Both the position numbers and the translations under genes were made by a program. A stretch of DNA of 64,000 nucleotides. Origin: Eledone cirrhosa. Taxonomy: Eukaryota. The stretch lies in NCBI GenBank assembly GCA_964016885.1, contig OZ024749.1, positions 38,378,001 to 38,442,000 of the forward strand, in the 5' to 3' direction. The notes under the pieces were generated by a model. That model saw nothing but the letters and a program-made list of their open reading frames with translations, was not told where the DNA came from and searched no databases. Positions 57,565-64,000 of this stretch are shown here, one piece after another. Every line of letters begins with the position of its first letter. Position 1 is the stretch's first letter.

Positions 57565-57950
57565 TGGTGCTGTTGGTGTTGTTGTTGTTGTTGGTGTGGT
57601 AGTGGTGATGGTGGTGGGTGTGGTGCTGATGGTGGAAATGCTGGTTGTGCTGGTGGTAGTTCTAATAGTTGCAGTGGTGATGGTGGTGATGGTGGTGATG
57701 GTTGTTCTGGTGTGGTAGTGGTTGTGGTAATGGTGGCAGTAGTGGTGGTGGAAATGCTGGTTATGTTAAAGGTAGGGTAATGGTGGCAGTGGTGATGGTG
57801 GCAGTGGTAGTGGTGGTGTTGGTGATGGTGGTGATAGTAGTTTTAGTGGTGTTAGAGGAGGTGCTGGCTTTGATGGTGTATATATGGATGTCTTTGTTTA
57901 TGTTGCTTATGTTAGTGTTGGTAGTGGCAGTGTTGATATTACTGTTGTGG
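57565..57950. repeat. Degenerate (GGT/GTT)n tract
   Basis: Direct inspection. Confidence 0.9.
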
Positions 57951-59248
57951 TCGCAGATTTGATGTGGTTGTATTTTTTTTCTTGTTATATTTCTTATATT
58001 TTATTTGCTTAACGGACGTTCAAATACCGAACTAAATAGTGGTGTTGATCATGATGATCATGTAATGGAGGAAGGTTGAGGATGACTTAGATGTTCAAAT
58101 CCCATCCAAATCAACTTTGACTTTCATCCTTCCGAAGGCGATAAGACAAAATACTAACATGGTTGCAACCTAGTCAATGAAGCCATTGAAATATCATACG
58201 AATATGCATGTGTGTGTCTGTGAGTGAGTTTAAGTGTATATATGTGGGAGTATGTGTTACGATGTGAGAGAAAGGTGAACAAGACAAAAGAGAGCGTATG
58301 TGGCTGTGTGTGTGTGTTTATGTGTGAAAAGACAGTGTGTACATGTGCTCATGTGTGAGTCTGTGTATAGTCTGTGTATATGTATGTATGACTGCCCGTT
58401 TGCATTATACCGTTCGATTCTCTACATAGAAACACACATGATGACGTAATAGTCTGAGGAATTGATGACGTAATGATGCAATGACGTAACGACTTAGCAG
58501 CCTGATAATGTAGTATATGTGGTATCTATAGGATATCTGTGATATCTATATAATGTATGAGATGTATATAATGTATGAGATGCAAACACCAGACATACTT
58601 CTTTTCTCCCTGCGGCAGTTTCTCCCCAAGGACAAGTAAATGACTGCAACATCGATTTATGAACGCAGTATGGTTTATGTTAAGACAATAGCATTTTAAG
58701 ACAATATCCAGACAACACACACAAGACAATAGATTAAAATTCCAATACCATTTCCGATCTAATATCGTCTAAACAGATCCTCATTATCCTAGAATTTTGG
58801 TATGAAGTTCCATACGAAACAGTGTATGTCCGTTTAGAAGTAATTCCCAAACGTTAGCATTTCTGATAAACAAAAGTCGGCAAAAGGCGGCCAAAAGACA
58901 AATGCTAATGGCCGAATTTAAGAGAATCTGACATTTGGTTCCAGCACCAATAATTTGTTTCATGTATTGAGAAATATGTATCGAAAATAGAAAAACTCTG
59001 TGGAATATTCCGCCAGGAGCCAAGAATAATATATATCTGCAATATATTATGGAGTGAGAAAAATGTCGAAGAACCGGAGTTCAGTGAAAGTTCATGTTGA
59101 TAATGATGTTTGTGGTAGTCATTAGCTAAGTTTTAGGAGGGCTGTTTTGCGGTTTAATATGGTCTGATGTATATACATCGATATATACATATTGGTGTTT
59201 TATATGGTGTGTATATATATATATATATTGATGTTTTATATGATGTAC

Positions 59249-59319
<71 letters not shown>

Positions 59320-59504
59320 AACATATATATTTACGTACATACATATATAGAGAGAGAAAGTAGAGAGAGGGGAGAAGTAGGGAGAAAGAGAAAGATGATG
59401 ATGTTCTGGAATTTAATGTCATTTATCATATTTCATGTCATCATAAAATACAACAACAAAGGAAATGTGGTGGTGATGATGATGATGATGATGATGATGA
59501 TAAA

Positions 59505-60883
59505 AATAATAATAATAATAATAATAATGCTTTCTTTATTAACCACAAGGGTTTACATAAAGTAGACATTAAGGACAGTACAGGACAATACAGGACGGTA
59601 CAAATGGGGATTTCTGCGTGTAAAAAAAACAGAGGATGTAATAAAAATAACAATGAAAAATTCCCCAATAGGGGGGAGACTTCTGAGGGACATTTGTGGA
59701 GAAGCCCATTAAAAAGGCCACAGTGACCCTGACCACCAGGGCAAGTGCTCTCTCCCAGTTTTCCACCTTTAATTTACAGACACATACTCAGAGTAGGTCC
59801 ATTCACTCGGGCCATTCTTGCCTCTCTCACCCATCTTTCAACAAAATGCTGGGAGGAGAGCACTTCCCTCTCTACCCTGATTTTCCTTTTAAAATGAAAT
59901 TTGAAAAAGTTAATCAGGGCATCACCGAAGAGGTAAGTGCTCGTCTTCAGCCCTTTCAAACGTGTCCACCATACTATCTCTTTCGCCATGGCCACCAGAC
60001 AGATAAAAACTGCCTGCCCTTCCCGGCTAAAGGAAGAGGATCGAGTAGCATGCGCCCGTCGTGGTCCACCAAAGACCGGATCGTGGCTTTGTTGCCACGA
60101 CGCGCCTCCGCCACTCGGGCCCATTGAACGGCTTTCGTTCCCTCGTGTCTGAGAGCACGCGCCCTAGCTCTGACAACGCAGCCTTCGTGCTTTGCATTGA
60201 AGAATTGGTCAAGGGCCAATTTCGCCGCAAGTACGTCGGTCGCGATGCCTTTGCTAAGCGCCTCGTCTAATTTTCTAACTAGTTCTCCCTCTGCTCTATT
60301 TTCTCTATTGCCAAAGCCTTACTAAACCTAATGGACTCTATTCTAATCGCTCTTTTCAGAGCAAACCACCACTTGTTGTTGACGATGGCCCCCGTCAACG
60401 CCCGCTTAACTAGATCGCTAATCCTGTCTCTGTAGGCCTTGCGCGCTGGTAAGGACGCGTTTAGCTTCCAGTAGCCGGGTCCTCGTCTATGAAGCCTATA
60501 TAAATCAAGCACACAGATCACGAATTTGTGGTCCGTGTAGCTGACTATCTTGAATTGTGGACTGCCTATGCTAGACCTATCTATTTCTCTACAAAATACT
60601 CTATCTAGATATGATCTGGATGACCCTATGCGATTGTCCAAGTCCACATTGGCACATTCGGGAAATTCAATCGGTACCTCTCAGACAGTTCAAAACGCCT
60701 GAGCAGGTTGGTGAGGCTCTTGCACCCTCCTCCCCTATCCACTAATCCCACACAGTCCCAGCGTGCATCTAAGATCCCGTTCCAGTCGCCCACTAACACT
60801 AAAGAGCGGGACGTTCCAAGAAAGGTCTCGAGACGCCGGAAGAAATCAGACCGCCCTGCTCCTATCGGGGCATAGACGGCCAG
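59505..60883 (-). mobile_element. Tx1/L1-clade LINE, 5'-truncated, RT domain deleted
   Basis: APE motifs AVYAP, LVGDWNG, WTW, SYLDRVF, TDHK and GPGYWKLNASL. Jumps near 60035 to an ORF2-like C-terminus ending at 59774, then 3' UTR and (TTA)n tail. Confidence 0.9.
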
Positions 60884-63536
60884 TAATAATAATAATAATG
60901 ATTTCTTTATTAACCACAAGGGTTTACACAAAGTAAAACATTAAGGACAATACAGGGCAATACAGGACGGTACAAATGGGTATTTCTGCGTGTAAAAAAA
61001 AAAAAGGAACAATGAAAAATTCCCCAATAGGGGGAGACTTCCGAGGGACATTCGTGGAGAAAGCCCATTAAAAAAGCCACGGTGACTCTGGTGCTTCGGA
61101 GATTCTGATCTCGCCGATGGACACCACATCTATGTTTAGCGACTTGAGGTCGTTGAGCAGGTGGCCCTGCTTCCATGACGACCCCAGGCCACGCGCATTT
61201 ATGCTGCCCATTCCGAGTGAGGTCATGTTGAAAAGGAGTGGGAAAACATGGGAAAGACCACTTACCTCACTTCTCGTCGAGAAAGGATGGTTTTTCCGTC
61301 CTTCTTACTGCTTGTGGCCTCCTCCGTAAGGATGTCTTTATGAAACCTCCTGGAGAGTGTTTGTCGGAAGTCTCCGATGTCCTTGGGGAATTTTAATTTT
61401 AGTGTCGTGTACGTTTTCTGTGTGATGCGAGTGATTTGTATGTGTGGAGGTGGTGTGAATTTTTGGGGCGTTGTGTAATCTTTTTCTATGATGCTGGTGT
61501 TGTGTTGGATGTAGTGTAATAATTGGTTGGTGTTCAAATTTAATGCTGTGTAGTGTGTATCCTTTTGGTTGCTTTGTTTTGTTTGCGTTTGTTCTGGGTT
61601 TGTTTCTGTTTCGCTTGTTGGTGATTTTTGTGGTGTTCGTGATGGTGGTGTTGGGGTCAATGATGGTGATGGTTTTGGTGTTTGTGATGATGGAGCTGGT
61701 GATGCTGGTGTGGGTGGTGGCATAGTTGTCTTAACTGTTTTGTTTGTTTGTTTGTTTCACCCTGCATTTTGTTTTTGGAGGTCAAAGGAAGAGGATTTTT
61801 TTTCTTTTGGGGGTTCTTTTTTTTTCTTTTTTCCAGATACAGTTTCCCACTCCTCCTCCTCGTCACAATCTGTCTCCAGTTGCGATAGGTCGGAGAGTGG
61901 AAAATGCTCCACGGGCGTTGGTTTTGGTTGTGGTGTGGTGGATATTGGAGGCGCAGGTGCTAAATCTGGCGCGGTGGGTGGCAGTGGTGTTGGTTTTGCT
62001 ACTGTTGCTGCTACAGTTGCTGGGGTTGTTGCTGCTACCATTACTTATGTTATTGTTGCTAAAGTTGTTGCTGCCATTTCTGCTGCTGGTTTTGATTGTT
62101 GAGTCATTGGGGTGGGTAGGAGAGGTGGCCTCAATTTTTTAGCCTTTGGGCAGAAAGCCTTTAGGTGGGTTCCTTCGCCACAAACGACACACCTAGGCCT
62201 TCTACCCTCAACGATTATGGTGAGGTGGCTGCCGTCATTGAGGTCTATCACCTCTGGAATTTCCTCTATGTTTTTTTGGTCCGCTTGTATCAGGAGCTCC
62301 ATCCCAGATCCGGTCCAATTCTCCTGCTTTTCTTTTGTTACCTCAATTACTTTAGTGTTGGCCTCGATGTCGGCGAGGACGACAGCCATTAGCCAGGGAA
62401 TTTCGATGGCCGGCGGAACGTGGGTCACCCTGATCTTCACGAGTCTCTGACCGCAATAGCTTGGGACGAGTGTGAATTCGTGACTTCTTACTGGGACCAT
62501 GGAGTGCTCTCTGGCTTCATGTGGGGTTCCGAAGAACACGTCCACGGTTCTATATTTCTGCCCACGTCTGATATGGGTTTTTTTCGCCCACAGATATCCC
62601 AAAGCTTTTTGTATCTGGGAGTCGGATGCCCGTTCCCCTCGGCGTGATTTTGTGTTTATCGTCCGATATGACACGGTGGCGATGCTCCGGTGCCGATGCT
62701 CCGTTTTATTAGACGGGGATGGGGGTGAGGCTTACCCTGTACCCATCTTTTTTTACCATTCGCTTGCCTTCATTCAATTAATCCTGGCTTACCTCGATTG
62801 TTTCGCTTTTCTTGGCTGCTTTGGCAAACGACACAGTTTGTTTTGCGCTGGTGTTGATGTTGTTTTTGTTATTCTCATTGTTGTTGTTGCTGTTGTTGTT
62901 ATTGTTATTTTTGTTATTGTTATTTTTTTTATTGTTATTTTTGTTATTGTTATTTTTAGTTTCAGTTGTGGTGGTGGTGGTGGTGTCAGTGGTGTTCGGC
63001 GTGGAAGAGTCGATCTGGGTAAATCCATTTCGATGTCACGAGATAATAATTTGTTTTTTGTTTCTGTTGTCGCTGTGGTGGTGGTTGTGGTGGTGGTGGT
63101 ATCAGCGGTGCCGGTTGTTCTTTTTGACATTGTGAAGGTGGGGATGGCGGCTTTCACACCTGTAGTTGTTGGTAACACCTGTTGGCGGGAAATCCATGTC
63201 TGTATGCGGCAAATTTAAATAATTGAGACTGCTATTAATTATATTTTCAGTGTTGGCAATCGTGGCAAGGTTTAGAATGGTGGTGGGGTGGAGGATGTTA
63301 AAAACAGGAGATTTGTCGTCCATGTTTTTTTTTCAAAGAAATATTTTGTGTGATATATAAAACGTTTAAATTTTGGGCTCAAGGCCCCAATATTATTGAG
63401 TGTCTTTTCAGAAAGCAATATATGTGAACTTTAAACACTTAACAACAAAAATGTTCCATAACTGGCAATTTGAAACAACTGAAAACAACAAACCTTTGTG
63501 GAGCTCACGATAATACGATTTCCTACGTAGGTCGCC
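60884..63536 (-). mobile_element. Tx1/L1-clade LINE with 5' end and ORF1; ORF2 almost entirely deleted
   Basis: ORF2 start at 61226 (MTSLGMGSINARGL...IDVVSIGE) fused at about 61090 to the same 3' UTR and (TTA)n tail. Confidence 0.85.
61262..63323 (-). pseudogene. LINE ORF1 (gag-like) with CCHC zinc knuckle, frameshifted
   Basis: Segment 62045-62674 contains VKIRVTHVP and GRRPRCVVCGEGTHLKAFCP (CX2CX4HX4C). Flanking low-complexity pieces lie in other frames. Confidence 0.85.
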
Positions 63537-63560
63537 AATAATAATAATAATAATAATAAT

Positions 63561-63818
63561 AAGGGGTCTAATGATTACTTATCGCAAATCCCAGGAAACC
63601 CGCGTATAGGAGAAATACAAAAGATAGTACTAATGGGAACTGCCCATATACTAAGGAAGATTATGTCAATATAAGTACATCACAAGTCTAAACACCTAAA
63701 GATGCATGTGTGTGTATGTATGTTCTTTCTTGAACATGGCGGACCTTGTTGTCTCTTGAGGTCACTGGTTGTGACTTGGTGATAACTCGTATGAACATAA
63801 AACAAGATAAATGCAACT
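63561..63818 (+). mobile_element. R4/Dong-type LINE 3' end inserted in (AAT)n
   Basis: YLSQIPGNPRIGEIQKIVLMGTAHILRKIMSI*, with (AAT)n on both sides. Confidence 0.75.
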
Positions 63819-63819
<1 letters not shown>

Positions 63820-63854
<35 letters not shown>

Positions 63855-64000
63855 TTTTCTTTATTAACACAAAGCATAACATTAAGGACAGTACAGGACG
63901 GTACAAATAGGCGTTTCTGCATGTAAAAACAAAATTATAAAACAAAAACAAAGCATAGGACAAAAATATGAAAAAAATCAAAATTCCCCAGTAGGGGCTG
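63820..64000 (-). mobile_element. 3' UTR of a third Tx1-like copy, running off the window
   Basis: tttctttattaac...attaaggacagtacaggacggtacaaat...aaattcccca matches 59530-59670 and 60900-61030. Confidence 0.85.

Noticed and set aside
58660-59110. Higher-complexity segment that might be coding
   Set aside because: Only short ORFs and no recognisable domain.

Overview
AT-rich, gene-free eukaryotic (animal) intergenic or intronic DNA, saturated with (TA)n, (TG)n, (AG)n, (GATA)n, (AAT)n and (ATC)n microsatellites. The repeat landscape suggests an octopus/cephalopod genome (inference). No host protein-coding exon can be supported; nearly all listed ORFs are microsatellite translations. Recognisable mobile DNA: about 15 tRNA-derived SINE copies, a non-autonomous Helitron with a Pif1 helicase fragment, a mariner deletion derivative, hAT-type and TA-nested MITEs, RTE and R4/Dong LINE 3' fragments, and a tandem train of decayed Tx1/L1-clade LINEs at the right end. 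The main signal is that short non-coding islands between (TA)n tracts fall into about a dozen families. Many carry type-I hammerhead ribozyme motifs (CUGANGA...GAAA...UH, with stems checked by eye) and are built as asymmetric fold-back palindromes up to about 470 bp. The inverted arm ends at a family-fixed TA-like site while the turn-around point varies. One family forms a head-to-tail 556-nt ribozyme-to-ribozyme unit with no recognisable ORF. I interpret these as Penelope-like pLTR or retrozyme-type elements colonising TA microsatellites. All coordinates were read by eye and may be off by a few bases.
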